DNA of 64,000 bases from an uncultured Oscillospiraceae bacterium (GCA_910579545.1 CAJTVI010000001.1:106360-170359), one strand, 5' to 3'. Shown: positions 11,616-21,233, counted from the first letter of the stretch. A program made the numbers and translations. The notes: generated by a model not told the origin, from the sequence alone.

Positions 11616-12530
11616 TCACCGCACCACCTGTACCTCGCGCTCCAGCAAAAAGCCGGTCTGCTCCTTTACAATGCGGGCCACCTCGTCGGTCAGGCGCAGC
11701 ACGTCCTCGCAGCTGGCCCCGCCCAGGTTTACCACAAAACCGCTGTGCTTCTGGCTCACGGCGGCCCCCCCTACCCGGAAGCCCTTGAGCCCGCACTGCT
11801 CGATCAGCGCGGCGGCAAAGGCCCCTTTGGGGCGCTTGAAGGCGCTGCCGGCGCTGGGCAGCTCCAGCGGCTGCTTGGCCCGGCGGCGGGCAAGGCAGTC
11901 GGCCATGGCCGCGTTGATGGCCTGGACCTCGCCCGGGCGCAGCGCAAAGCGGGCCGAGAGGATGCACCAGCCCTTTTGCTGCTGGAAGATGCTGGCGCGG
12001 TAATCCAGCTGCAGTTCCCCGGCCGGCAGGGAGCGCACCGCGCCGGTCTCGTCCGCAAACGAAACCTCGGCCAGCACGTCCTTTATCTCGCCCCCATAGG
12101 CGCCCGCGTTCATATACACCGCGCCGCCCACGCTGCCCGGGATGCCCATGGCAAATTCCAGCCCCGTAAGCCCCGCCGCGGCCGCGGCCGTGCACAGCCG
12201 CCCCAGCGGGGCCCCGGCCCATGCTGTAATGCTGTTTTGCTTTACGGTTATATCCTCCTGGCCCTGGGCCCCGTCCAGGCAGAGCACCGCCCCGTCAAAG
12301 CCCTCGTCGGCAAAAAGCAGGTTGGAGCCCCGGCCCATCAGGGTATACCGCACGCCAAGGCCGCGGCAGAGCGCAAGGGCCTGCAAAAGCTGCTCCTCGT
12401 TTTGCAGGGCCGCAAACAGCGCAGCCGGCCCGCCAATTTTAAAGGTGGTGTGCCGGGCCAGGGGTTCCCCGGCAGTAACAGGGATCCCCCGCTGCCGCAG
12501 TGCGGCTTCCAGCTCCTGCTGCCCCTCCAT
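11616..12530 (-). CDS. murB: UDP-N-acetylenolpyruvoylglucosamine reductase
   Basis: 304-aa ORF with the FAD-binding 'HTTFKIGGPA' and 'GRGSNLL' motifs, and 'AGSAFKRP'. Confidence 0.95.
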   Translation of the reverse strand: MEGQQELEAALRQRGIPVTAGEPLARHTTFKIGGPAALFAALQNEEQLLQALALCRGLGVRYTLMGRGSNLLFADEGFDGAVLCLDGAQGQEDITVKQNSITAWAGAPLGRLCTAAAAAGLTGLEFAMGIPGSVGGAVYMNAGAYGGEIKDVLAEVSFADETGAVRSLPAGELQLDYRASIFQQQKGWCILSARFALRPGEVQAINAAMADCLARRRAKQPLELPSAGSAFKRPKGAFAAALIEQCGLKGFRVGGAAVSQKHSGFVVNLGGASCEDVLRLTDEVARIVKEQTGFLLEREVQVVR

Positions 12531-12557
12531 GCGTTTTCCTCCTTTGGCTTTGGCCGC

Positions 12558-13535
12558 TTAAAATGCGCGGGCGCCCGGCTGGTTGCCCAGATTCGCAGCT
12601 CCCACAAGCCCCGCGTCGTTGCGCAGCTGGGCGGTTTTCAGGGTGACCCGCTTATTGCTGGCGCGGGCGTATTCCTCGCGGTCGATGTATTCCCGCAAGG
12701 GGGCCAGCAGGGTCTCGCCCTCCTTGGAAACGCCGCCCCCGATGCAGATGATCTCGGGCTGGAAGATGTTTACCACGTCGGTAAGGCCGCAGCCCACATA
12801 CTCGGTAAAGGTTTTGATCACCTCTGTGGCCAGGGGATCCCCCGCGCGCATACCGTCGTAGGCGGTCTTGGCGTTCACCTTGTCCAGATCGCCGTCCACA
12901 AGGCCCCACATCATATTGTCCGGGTGCTGGCGCATGGCCTCGCGGGTGTCCTCGGTGAGGGCGCGGGCCGAGGCGTACTTTTCCCAGCAGCCCCTGCGCC
13001 CGCACATGCAGGGCCGGCCGCCCTTTACGATCACCATATGCCCCAGCTCGGCCCCCGCGTGGTTGTAGCCCGAAAAGATCTTGCCGTCGATGATCACGCC
13101 GCAGCCAATGCCGGTGCCCAGGGTAATGGCTACCGCGTACTTGGCCCCTTTGGCCGCGCCGGCAATGTACTCGCCGTAGGCGGCGGCGTTGGCGTCGTTT
13201 TCAATAAATACCTTACAGCCCAAAAGCTCGTGCATATCTTGGGCAAGGGGCCAGTTGTTGTAGCCAAAATTGGCGTTGAACTCCACCATACCGGTGGCCC
13301 CGTTGACACTGCCCGGCGTGCCGATGCCCACCCATTTGACCTGCTCAAAGGGCACCCCGCCCTCCTGCGCCACCTGCCGGCAGAGCCCGGCAATGCTCTC
13401 TTCCACCTCGCTGGCCGGGCGGGGCAGATTGGTATCGCAGGAGGCCTTGGCCACGATCTGCAGGTTTTCGTCCACCAGGCCCGCCTTGATGGCCGTGCCG
13501 CCTAAGTCCACCCCGATGGTATACTGCTTTTCCAT
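12558..13535 (-). CDS. ROK-family glucokinase
   Basis: 325-aa ORF with 'IGVDLGGT', 'NDANAAA', 'GTGIG' and the Zn motif 'C.CGRRGCWE'. Confidence 0.87.
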   Translation of the reverse strand: MEKQYTIGVDLGGTAIKAGLVDENLQIVAKASCDTNLPRPASEVEESIAGLCRQVAQEGGVPFEQVKWVGIGTPGSVNGATGMVEFNANFGYNNWPLAQDMHELLGCKVFIENDANAAAYGEYIAGAAKGAKYAVAITLGTGIGCGVIIDGKIFSGYNHAGAELGHMVIVKGGRPCMCGRRGCWEKYASARALTEDTREAMRQHPDNMMWGLVDGDLDKVNAKTAYDGMRAGDPLATEVIKTFTEYVGCGLTDVVNIFQPEIICIGGGVSKEGETLLAPLREYIDREEYARASNKRVTLKTAQLRNDAGLVGAANLGNQPGARAF

Positions 13536-13540
13536 GCTGT

Positions 13541-14461
13541 TTATTCCTCCAATCCCAAACGGTTCAAAAGCTCTTTTGCCGCATTGTAGCCCATCTTTTT
13601 CTGCCGGTTGCTGATGGCCGCCGTCTCCAGGATCACGGCCAGGTTGCGTCCGGGCATCACCGGGATGACCGTGCTGGGGATATGTACCCCCAAAATATCG
13701 TATGTTTCGCTTTCCAGGCCGGTGCGGCTGTAGTTTTTGGTCTTGTCCCAGGGCTCCAGCTCGATGACCAGGTCCACCTTTTCGCTCACCTTTACAGAGC
13801 CTATGCCAAACACCCGCGCCACATTCACGATGCCGATGCCCCGCAGCTCGATAAAATGCCGGATATTGTCGGGCGAGGTACCCACGATCGACCGGTTGGA
13901 CACCCGGCGCAGCTCCACCGCGTCGTCCGCGATCAGGCGGTGGCCGCGCTTGACCAGCTCCACCGCCGTCTCGCTTTTGCCGACCCCGCTGTCGCCCAGA
14001 ATGAGGATGCCCTCGCCGTATACCTCCACAAAAACCCCATGCCGGGTCACGCGGGGGGCCAGTTCCACATTGAGGATGCCGATCAGATCCCCCATCAGGG
14101 TGGAGGTGGCTTCGCCCGAGAGCAGCAGCGGCACCTGGTACTGGCGGGCAAACTCCAGCATTTCGGGCATCGGCTCAAGGCTGCGGGTCAGGATCACGGT
14201 GGGGGGCTTGAGCGAAAACAGGGTGTCCAGCCGGGCGCGGCGGTCCTCGGGCGGCAGCTCCTCAAGGTAGGCGTACTCCACCTTGCCGCAGATCTGGATG
14301 CGGGTGGCGTCAAAATAGCGGGAGTAGCCCGCAAACAAAATGCCGGGACGGTTGACCTCCGCAGCATAGATGGGGATCTCCTCCAGCGGCTTTGGGGTAT
14401 ACGCGGTGTCCATCTTAAGCTGGGAGGCAAGCTTGCTCAGCATCACGGAAAACTGCGGCAT
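13541..14461 (-). CDS. hprK: HPr kinase/phosphorylase
   Basis: Walker A 'GDSGVGKSE' and 'LRGIGI' signature. The ATG at 14461 is preferred because a sigma-A promoter occupies the upstream part of the longer ORF. Confidence 0.93.
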   Translation of the reverse strand: MPQFSVMLSKLASQLKMDTAYTPKPLEEIPIYAAEVNRPGILFAGYSRYFDATRIQICGKVEYAYLEELPPEDRRARLDTLFSLKPPTVILTRSLEPMPEMLEFARQYQVPLLLSGEATSTLMGDLIGILNVELAPRVTRHGVFVEVYGEGILILGDSGVGKSETAVELVKRGHRLIADDAVELRRVSNRSIVGTSPDNIRHFIELRGIGIVNVARVFGIGSVKVSEKVDLVIELEPWDKTKNYSRTGLESETYDILGVHIPSTVIPVMPGRNLAVILETAAISNRQKKMGYNAAKELLNRLGLEE

Positions 14462-14498
14462 ATACAATGCACCCTTTCCTGCGTTTATAGATAGTTTT

Positions 14499-14527
14499 AT
14501 TATATCGGATGGCCCGCCGTATGGCAA
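14499..14527 (-). promoter_or_regulatory. Sigma-A-type promoter of the hprK gene array
   Basis: On the minus strand: TTGCCA, 17-nt spacer, TATAAT, about 30 nt upstream of the hprK ATG. Confidence 0.65.
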
Positions 14528-14699
14528 TATTTTGCATCAGATGCCGCAGGATTTTTTTGCCGTTTTGTGATAGGCAGGCCCCAAAAGCGCGCCAATGCGC
14601 AAAAAAGGCAGGCCAAAAAAGGGCCGCCGCAGCCGGGGGTTTGCAAGCCTTTGCTAAAAATTATCGCATTATCGTTAATAATTGCAAAAGTATTTGGTT

Positions 14700-14728
14700 T
14701 TGCTTTTCCCGAGCATATTTGCTATACT
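14700..14728 (+). promoter_or_regulatory. Sigma-A-type promoter of the glycosyltransferase gene
   Basis: TTGCTT, 17-nt spacer, TATACT. A short GCCGCCG/CGGCGGC hairpin lies in the 5' UTR. Confidence 0.55.
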
Positions 14729-14790
14729 TAAATACAATTACAAAGCCGCCGCACCGGCGGCGCGGCATTTCCAAAGGAGCGTAAAAAGCT

Positions 14791-15975
14791 ATGCGCATTG
14801 CCATTTTTGCAGAGACCTACTACCCCTTTATCAGCGGTGTGGTGACCCATATCGAAACCCTCAAGCTGGGCCTGGAGGCAAAAGGCCACCAGGTGCTGAT
14901 CGTGACCATGAGCCCCAAGGCCGAGCACCATTACATCAAGGATGGGGTGCTCTACTGCCCGGCCCTGCCTCTCAAGCGCATCTATGGCTATGGGGTAGCC
15001 AACCCCCTGAACCTGCAGCGGCTGCGGATCATTGCGGAGTTTGACCCGGACATCATCCACATCCACACCGAGTTTACCATGGGCATTTTTGGCCTGTGGG
15101 CCGCAAAACAGCTTAAAAAGCCGGTGGTTTACACCCTGCACACCATGTACGACGATTATATGTGCTATATCTCCAAGCGCGAGCGGATGCAAAAGCTGGT
15201 AAAGCCGGGGGCGCACATGTACTTCCGCAATGTGGCCAAAAAATCCACCGAGATCATCGGCCCCTCCCTCAAGGTGGTGGAATACCTGCGCCGCTGCAAT
15301 GTGGACCGGCATATCAACATCATCCCCAACACGGTGGACCTCTCAAACTTTCTGCCCCAAAACGTTGCGCCGGAAAAAATTCAGGAGGTCAGGGACCGTT
15401 TGGGCATCCGCCCCGGCGACACCGCCCTGTGCTTTGTGGGAAGGCTTGGCATTGAAAAAAGCCTAGATGTGCTGATCGAGTATTTTGGCCGGCAGTTTGC
15501 GGGGCAAAGCGAGTACAAGCTGTTTGTGATCGGCGAGGGGCCCGAGCGCAAAAACCTCGAAAACCAGATCGCCGAACACGGCCTTGCGCGCCAGGTGTTT
15601 TTGCTGGGCAAGATCGACCACGAGCTGCTGCCCCCCTATTACCACGCCTGCGACGCCTTTGCAACGGCCTCCCTTTCCGAGATCAACTCGATCTCGATGC
15701 TGGAGGCCATGGCCAGCGGCCTGTATGTGCTGCAGCGGCTGGACATCTACAACAAAAACCAGATCACCGAGGGCATCAACGGCGCGCTGTACACCTCCGC
15801 CGCCGAGTTTGGCAGCCTGGTGCGGGAGGAAGCCGCCCTGGACGCCGACGCCCGCCTGGCCCGGCGGCGCAATGTGACCGATTCCACCCAAAAATACGGC
15901 CGCAGCGAGTTTATTGCGGCGGTAACCAATGTGTACGAGCGCGCCATGGCCGAATATGCGGCCAAGCACTCCTGA
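14791..15975 (+). CDS. Family-4 glycosyltransferase (GT-B fold; possibly glycolipid synthesis)
   Basis: 394-aa ORF with 'MRIAIFAETYYPFISGV' N-terminus and the C-terminal 'E..S...LEAMASG' motif typical of GT4 enzymes. Confidence 0.8.
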   Translation: MRIAIFAETYYPFISGVVTHIETLKLGLEAKGHQVLIVTMSPKAEHHYIKDGVLYCPALPLKRIYGYGVANPLNLQRLRIIAEFDPDIIHIHTEFTMGIFGLWAAKQLKKPVVYTLHTMYDDYMCYISKRERMQKLVKPGAHMYFRNVAKKSTEIIGPSLKVVEYLRRCNVDRHINIIPNTVDLSNFLPQNVAPEKIQEVRDRLGIRPGDTALCFVGRLGIEKSLDVLIEYFGRQFAGQSEYKLFVIGEGPERKNLENQIAEHGLARQVFLLGKIDHELLPPYYHACDAFATASLSEINSISMLEAMASGLYVLQRLDIYNKNQITEGINGALYTSAAEFGSLVREEAALDADARLARRRNVTDSTQKYGRSEFIAAVTNVYERAMAEYAAKHS

Positions 15976-15994
15976 AGCTTATTTACATCAAAAC

Positions 15995-16031
15995 GGCAGG
16001 CCTGCAGAACTCCTCTGCGGCCTGCCTTTTT
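15995..16031. terminator. Intrinsic terminator between the glycosyltransferase gene and the ger operon end
   Basis: GGCAGGCC...GGCCTGCC stem with TTTTT on the plus strand and an A-run on the other side. Confidence 0.7.
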
Positions 16032-16050
16032 AATGGCAGGTTTTTGGGCT

Positions 16051-17100
16051 TTACAGCATCCGGGCCTCGCAAACCCAGAGCACCGTATCCTGCTGATAGA
16101 GGGTCCCCTGCCGGGCCTGCCGTTCGGCCGCCGCGGCGTTGAGGTTATCCAGATAACTGCGCAGTAAAAACACGTCGTTGCCCTCGGCAAGGGTCTCGCT
16201 GGTCATCTGCCGGGCAAGGCCCGCCAGCCAAGTGCGCAAAAAGGCCTCGTATTGTTCGTCCGCAAGGGGGCTCTGCGCGCCGTGCCGGGTCTCGACCCGG
16301 CGGATATCCCCCTGCAAAAATACCTCGAGGCGCAGCCTGCCTCCCTGCTGCCGTGGGCAGTAGACCGCCCGGGCCGAGTGCAGGGTAAACGAAACGGTAT
16401 CCTCCGGCCCCCCGGCGGTAAAGCGCAGGGTGTTTTGCTGGCCGCTCAATAAAAGCGCCATCGAGAGCTGATTCTGGTCCCAGCGGTGGGCCGGCCGGCC
16501 CTGGGCGTAGACGGTAAGCCCATCCGGCACGGCGGCGCCCTCCTTCAGGTCTACCTTAAGGTTTGGCAGCAGCCCGCCCTGCGCCGCATCCCCCAGCTGG
16601 TAGAGGTAGCAGTGGTAACCGCCCCGTTTGCGTACCTGCTCCACGCTCGCAAGCAGGCCGTCCACCGTTTCGGGCTGGGCGGCCAGGGCCCCGGCCGGCA
16701 GGTCGGTAAGGTAAACGGTCACATTTGGCCGGCCGGTCTCCTGCCGCACCAGATACTCCACCGCCTCGTAAAGGCCCTCCTGCGCAAGCCGGGGGCCGAT
16801 CAGCAGCAGCTCGTTCTGGCCGTAAAACAGTTCCTCGCTGCGGCTTTGCTGGGCGTTTTGCAGCGCCTCGCGCACCGTAGCGCCCTGCCCTTCCACCAGC
16901 AGGGCGGTCTGCTCGGCGTCGGCCGCGTCGGCCGAGGGGGCGCCCTGCCAGCAGATGAGCTGTACCTGGTAGCCGCCGTTTTGGCGCTCGAGATAGATCC
17001 CCCGCAAAATGCCTTTGGTGCCGATGCCCACCGCGCCGCAGCCCGCGGCAAACAGGCAGGCAAAGAGGCAGAGGGGCAAAAGGCAAAGTATTTTTTTCAT
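16051..17100 (-). CDS. Spore germination receptor subunit C (Ger(x)C lipoprotein)
   Basis: The internal ATG at 17100 gives 'MKKILCLLPLCLFACLFAAGC', a signal peptide with a lipobox. Its start overlaps the upstream stop (ATGA). It is the third gene of an A-B-C operon. Confidence 0.78.
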   Translation of the reverse strand: MKKILCLLPLCLFACLFAAGCGAVGIGTKGILRGIYLERQNGGYQVQLICWQGAPSADAADAEQTALLVEGQGATVREALQNAQQSRSEELFYGQNELLLIGPRLAQEGLYEAVEYLVRQETGRPNVTVYLTDLPAGALAAQPETVDGLLASVEQVRKRGGYHCYLYQLGDAAQGGLLPNLKVDLKEGAAVPDGLTVYAQGRPAHRWDQNQLSMALLLSGQQNTLRFTAGGPEDTVSFTLHSARAVYCPRQQGGRLRLEVFLQGDIRRVETRHGAQSPLADEQYEAFLRTWLAGLARQMTSETLAEGNDVFLLRSYLDNLNAAAAERQARQGTLYQQDTVLWVCEARML

Positions 17101-18107
17101 GGCTGTTTCCTCCAAAAGGCCGCGGAGATCAGCAGCAGCCACAAAAGCCCCTGCTGCACAAAATAGGCGCCGGCCGCGCCGGCAAACCCCCGCAAAAGCC
17201 CAAACAGGCCAAGGGTGAGCAGCAGGCCGGCAAGGCCCGCCACCTGCCGGCGCACCCTGGGCAGCGCTTTGCGCACCAGCCAGAGAAAGGCCCAGAAATA
17301 CAGGCAGATTTTTAGATAAAACAGCAGCAGCCATACCCCAACGTGCACCGCGTCCAGCCGGCGGAACACCGAGATGCCCCCCAGCCGCGCAATGGTGTAG
17401 ATAGGCTGGCTCTGCCGCAGGCCCGCCGCCCCCAGCACCGATTCGGCCAGGGCGGCCAGCAGGCTTTCCAGCCCAAAGCCCACCCCCAGCACCAGGGCGT
17501 ACCCGCGGTACAGGGCGGCGCGGGGCGGCTTTTTTTGCCCATGCAGCAGCGCAAGCAGCAGGTACTCCGGCAAAAGCAGGGTGCGCGCCAGCAGCCCAAG
17601 CCCAGCCTGCCCCAAGGGGTCGGCGGGGTACAAAAGGTTTTCAAACCGCACCTGCGGCGCAACCGAAGCAAGCAGCAGCGCCAGCGAAAGCCCCAGCAGG
17701 GCCAGCACCAGTACCGACGCCCGGTTAAGCGCGCGCAGGCTGTAAGCCGCCGCGCAGCCGGCCACCCCCAGCGCCAGCGCCAAAAACCAAAACAGGGAGA
17801 GTTGGTCGGCCAGGACATAGTTGTAAAACCGCTGGCACTGCAAAAGTTCCATGGCGGCCGAAAGCGCCAGCACCCCGGCCAGCGCAAGGCAGAACCAGCC
17901 GGGCATCCGGCGGGAGGAGGCGGCCCGGCCGTAAAGGCAGAGCGCAAGGCAGAGCGCCGGCGCGGCCGCAAGGCCCGCCAGCAGGTACCCCTGGGCCGCC
18001 GGCTGCTGCACCGGCTGCCCAAATGGCCGGATAAAGCTGCCCGCCAGCGCCGTTACCAGCACCAGCGGCAGGGGCAAAAGGGGGCGCTGGGTGTTATGGC
18101 TCTGCAT
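17097..18107 (-). CDS. Spore germination receptor subunit B (GerAB-type permease-like membrane protein)
   Basis: 336-aa polytopic membrane protein starting at the internal ATG at 18107. It lies between the A and C subunits and overlaps the GerA-type gene by 14 nt. Confidence 0.75.
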   Translation of the reverse strand: MQSHNTQRPLLPLPLVLVTALAGSFIRPFGQPVQQPAAQGYLLAGLAAAPALCLALCLYGRAASSRRMPGWFCLALAGVLALSAAMELLQCQRFYNYVLADQLSLFWFLALALGVAGCAAAYSLRALNRASVLVLALLGLSLALLLASVAPQVRFENLLYPADPLGQAGLGLLARTLLLPEYLLLALLHGQKKPPRAALYRGYALVLGVGFGLESLLAALAESVLGAAGLRQSQPIYTIARLGGISVFRRLDAVHVGVWLLLFYLKICLYFWAFLWLVRKALPRVRRQVAGLAGLLLTLGLFGLLRGFAGAAGAYFVQQGLLWLLLISAAFWRKQP

Positions 18108-19560
18108 CCTGTCCCTCCCCGCCCGGCAGATCGCCGATCTCAAAGGGGTGCCTTGCAAGGCTTTTGAGCGAGACGCGCAGCACCCCATCCCGCACGCTGC
18201 CCCGGCCAAAGGGCGCAAGGGGCGAGGTGTACGGATAGCCGAAGGACTCCATGCCGCAGACCGAAAACAGCATGACCACAAACAAAGCCACCATGCCCGC
18301 CGGCCCCAGCATGCCCCCCGCAAACACAAACAGGATGCGCAGCACGGTAACTGGCTCGTACAGGGATGGAATGACAAAGGTGGAGATGCTGGTGAGCGCC
18401 GCGATGATCAGCACCGGGGTGCTGAGGATACCCGCCCCTACCGCGGCGTCCCCCACGATCAGGGCCGCCACCAGCCCCACGCTGTGGCCGATGGGCTTGG
18501 GCAGCCGCAGCCCGGCCTCCCGGATGATCTCCAAAAGCAGGATCACCAGCACCATTTCCAAAAAAAGCGGCCAGGGGGTGGCCCGCTCGGCCGCGGCAAC
18601 CTTGTACAGCAGCTGGGGCGGCAAAAGCTCGGGGGTATACTGCACCGCACAGACAAAGCTGCCCGGCAGCAGCACGGCCAGCGCAAAGGCCAGGTATTTG
18701 AGCAGCCGGATAAAGCTGCAAAAATACGCCTTGGAGGCGTAATCGTCCAGGCTTTGAAAATGCTCGGTAAAAAAATAGGGCAGCACCATGGCAAAGGGGC
18801 TGCCGTTTACCAGCACCACTAACTTGCCCTCGCAGATCTTGGCGCAGGCCGTGGCCGGGCGCTCGGTATAGCCTACTTCGCTGAAAAACCCAAACCCGCT
18901 TTTTTGCAAAAAGGGGGCAAGGTAGCCGCTGTCCAGCACAAGGGGCAGCTTTGCGCTTTGCAGCTTTTGCCGCACCGAGGCAACCAGCTCCGGCCGGGCC
19001 ATGGCCTTGTCGTAGCAGAGCACTACCTCGGTGTTGGTGCGCTCGCCCGCGCTCAGCAGCTCGATGGCAAAGCTTTCCCGCCGGATCAGGCGGCGCAGCA
19101 GGCTCACGTTGATCCGCAAAAGGTCGGTGAATCCCTCGCGGGAGCCCCGGATATTGCCCTCGCCCGAGGGCTCCTGCACCGAGCGCGCCTGCATGTTCTG
19201 GGTGGAAAGCGCAATGGCTTTACAGCTTCCGTCCAGCAACAGCACCGCCATACCGGCGGTAAGCCGGCGCACAAGCTCCTCAAAATCGGCCACCTCGCCG
19301 CTCTCGGCCGGGATGTCGGTGCCGTGCAGGATGTGCTGGTAAAGCTGCCAGCCGTTTGCCTTTTGCCCCTCCGGCCGGCTCAGGGCGTCCAGCAGGATGA
19401 CCCAGAGCTTTTCGGTGCTGGAAAGGCCGTCGAACATGCAAACCGCGCACTGCACCCCCTGGATGCAGAGCCGTTTGGTATAAAGGTCCATCGAACTGCC
19501 AAACATCTCGTTCAGGTCGGCCAGATTCTGCCCAAGATCGGTGCTGAGCGGCTTTTGCAT
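18094..19560 (-). CDS. Spore germination receptor subunit A (GerA family)
   Basis: 488-aa ORF with a soluble N-domain and a C-terminal membrane domain ('RTNTEVVLCYDKAMA', 'LDSGYLAPF', 'EAGLRLPKPIG') typical of GerAA/GerBA/GerKA proteins. Confidence 0.9.
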   Translation of the reverse strand: MQKPLSTDLGQNLADLNEMFGSSMDLYTKRLCIQGVQCAVCMFDGLSSTEKLWVILLDALSRPEGQKANGWQLYQHILHGTDIPAESGEVADFEELVRRLTAGMAVLLLDGSCKAIALSTQNMQARSVQEPSGEGNIRGSREGFTDLLRINVSLLRRLIRRESFAIELLSAGERTNTEVVLCYDKAMARPELVASVRQKLQSAKLPLVLDSGYLAPFLQKSGFGFFSEVGYTERPATACAKICEGKLVVLVNGSPFAMVLPYFFTEHFQSLDDYASKAYFCSFIRLLKYLAFALAVLLPGSFVCAVQYTPELLPPQLLYKVAAAERATPWPLFLEMVLVILLLEIIREAGLRLPKPIGHSVGLVAALIVGDAAVGAGILSTPVLIIAALTSISTFVIPSLYEPVTVLRILFVFAGGMLGPAGMVALFVVMLFSVCGMESFGYPYTSPLAPFGRGSVRDGVLRVSLKSLARHPFEIGDLPGGEGQDAEP

Positions 19561-19583
19561 GGCGGCATCACCTCACTAAGGGG

Positions 19584-19613
19584 TAGTATGCCTGGCCGGC
19601 CGGGGTTTCATGC
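19584..19613 (-). promoter_or_regulatory. Forespore (sigma-G/F-type) promoter of the germinant receptor operon
   Basis: On the minus strand: GCATG, 18-nt spacer, CATACTA. The -10 element ends about 24 nt upstream of the gerA-type ATG. Matches GHATR-N17/18-CATNNTA. Confidence 0.6.
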
Positions 19614-19654
19614 AAAAAGGGCGGGCAGCGCCGATGAAAGGGGCCGGTAATGCT

Positions 19655-20323
19655 ATGTGGGTGATCCTGCTGCGTACCCTGCTGGTATATTTGACCACCA
19701 TTGGGGCCATGCGGCTGATGGGCAAGCGCCAGCTGGGCGAGCTGCAGCCCTCCGAGCTGGTAACCACCATCCTGATCTCGAACCTTGCCTCGATCTCGAT
19801 CGAATCGCCCGAACTGCCGCTCACTGCAAGCCTTGTGCCGGTGCTGCTGATCGCGGCGCTGGAGCTGCTTTTTTCGGCCCTCTGCTTCCGACTGGGCGGG
19901 TTTGCGCGGCTGCTCTCGGGCAAGCCGATGATCGTGATCCGGGACGGGAGGATCGACAAAAACACCCTGCGCCAGATGCGCATTACCATGGACGACCTGC
20001 TGGAGGCGCTGCGCGGCAAGGATATTTTTGATCCAAACGAGGTGGCATACGCGGTCGTGGAGACCAACGGGGCCTTGAGCGTGTGCAAAAAGTGGCAGAG
20101 CGAAACGCCGGCCCGGCAGGACCTTGGCCTGCCCACCCCGGCGGCCAAAAAGCCGATGCTGCCGCTGGTGATCGACGGGCGGATCGCGGCCGAAAACCTT
20201 GCCTTTTGCGGCAAAACCGAGGGCTGGGTGCACAAGGTGCTGGGGCAAAAAAAGGTACCCCTGGCGCACACCCTGCTGCTGCTGAGTGACGACACCGAGG
20301 AGTACCGGCTGATCAAAAAATAA
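19655..20323 (+). CDS. DUF421 (YetF-like) membrane protein
   Basis: 'MWVILLRTLLVYLTTIGAMRLMGKRQLGELQPSELV' N-terminus typical of the YetF/YrbG family. Start uncertain; alternatives are at 19610 and 19634. Confidence 0.8.
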   Translation: MWVILLRTLLVYLTTIGAMRLMGKRQLGELQPSELVTTILISNLASISIESPELPLTASLVPVLLIAALELLFSALCFRLGGFARLLSGKPMIVIRDGRIDKNTLRQMRITMDDLLEALRGKDIFDPNEVAYAVVETNGALSVCKKWQSETPARQDLGLPTPAAKKPMLPLVIDGRIAAENLAFCGKTEGWVHKVLGQKKVPLAHTLLLLSDDTEEYRLIKK

Positions 20324-20411
20324 AAAGGGCCAAAACAAGCGGGCAAAAGGCCGGGCGCCAGAGGCAGCCGCACAGCCCCCGAACGGCCCGCCCCAAAAGG
20401 AGGAGACGGCA

Positions 20412-20780
20412 ATGCGGCGCATTTATGCTGCGTTTGGCATTTTGGCGGCCATTTTTGTGCTGGCGCTGTACAGCACAAGGCTGGTAAAAACCACCACCGA
20501 GCGGCTTTGCCGTGGGCTGGACGAGGTGGAGGCCGCCTGCGGCGAGGGCCGCTACGAGCAGGCCGCCGCGCTGGTGCGGCAGCTGAACAGCTACTATACC
20601 CGGCAGGAGCACCAGCTGGCGCTGTTTATCAAGCGGGATTTTTTAAGCGCCGCCGCCGGCGCGCTGGCCGGGCTGGAGGCCTACACCCGGGAGGAGAGCC
20701 TGCCCGACCTGCAAAGCGAGGCCCGCAAGGCCCGCGCCCAGATCGAGGCGGTGCGGCATTTATTTTTCAGTATGCTGTGA
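20412..20780 (+). CDS. Small N-terminally anchored protein, DUF4363-like
   Basis: 122-aa ORF with one N-terminal transmembrane segment, a helical body and an AAAGGAGGAG ribosome-binding site. The family assignment is from memory of the recurrent DUF421-DUF4363 pairing. Confidence 0.55.
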   Translation: MRRIYAAFGILAAIFVLALYSTRLVKTTTERLCRGLDEVEAACGEGRYEQAAALVRQLNSYYTRQEHQLALFIKRDFLSAAAGALAGLEAYTREESLPDLQSEARKARAQIEAVRHLFFSML

Positions 20781-21233
20781 GCGGCTGTCCAATAGCTCCT
20801 TGAGCTCGTCCATAAAGGTGTTGATGTCGCTGAACTGGCGGTAGACCGACGCAAAGCGCACATAGGCCACCTCGTCGATGCCCTTGAGCTGCTGCATGGC
20901 CAGCTCGCCCACCTCCCGGGAGGTGATTTCCCGCTCGTAGGAGTTGAGCACCGTCTGCTCGATGTTGTTTACCGCGCTTTCCAGCATCTGGTAGCTCACC
21001 GGCCGCTTTTCGCAGGCGCGCAGCATGCCGCCCAGCAGCTTTTGCCGGTCAAACGCCTCGCGGGAGCGGTCTTTTTTTACCACGATTACCGGCACGGTCT
21101 CCACGATCTCATAGGTGGTAAACCGCTTGGCGCAGCAAAGGCACTCCCGCCGGCGGCGGATCTTCTCGCCGTCCTCGGTGGGGCGGGAGTCGATCACCTT
21201 GGATTCCAGTTCTCCGCAATAGGGGCACTTCAT
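20760..21233 (-). CDS. nrdR: Transcriptional repressor NrdR
   Basis: 157-aa ORF with 'MKCPYCG...C..C..RFTT' Zn ribbon and an ATP-cone domain. Confidence 0.95.
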   Translation of the reverse strand: MKCPYCGELESKVIDSRPTEDGEKIRRRRECLCCAKRFTTYEIVETVPVIVVKKDRSREAFDRQKLLGGMLRACEKRPVSYQMLESAVNNIEQTVLNSYEREITSREVGELAMQQLKGIDEVAYVRFASVYRQFSDINTFMDELKELLDSRSQHTEK

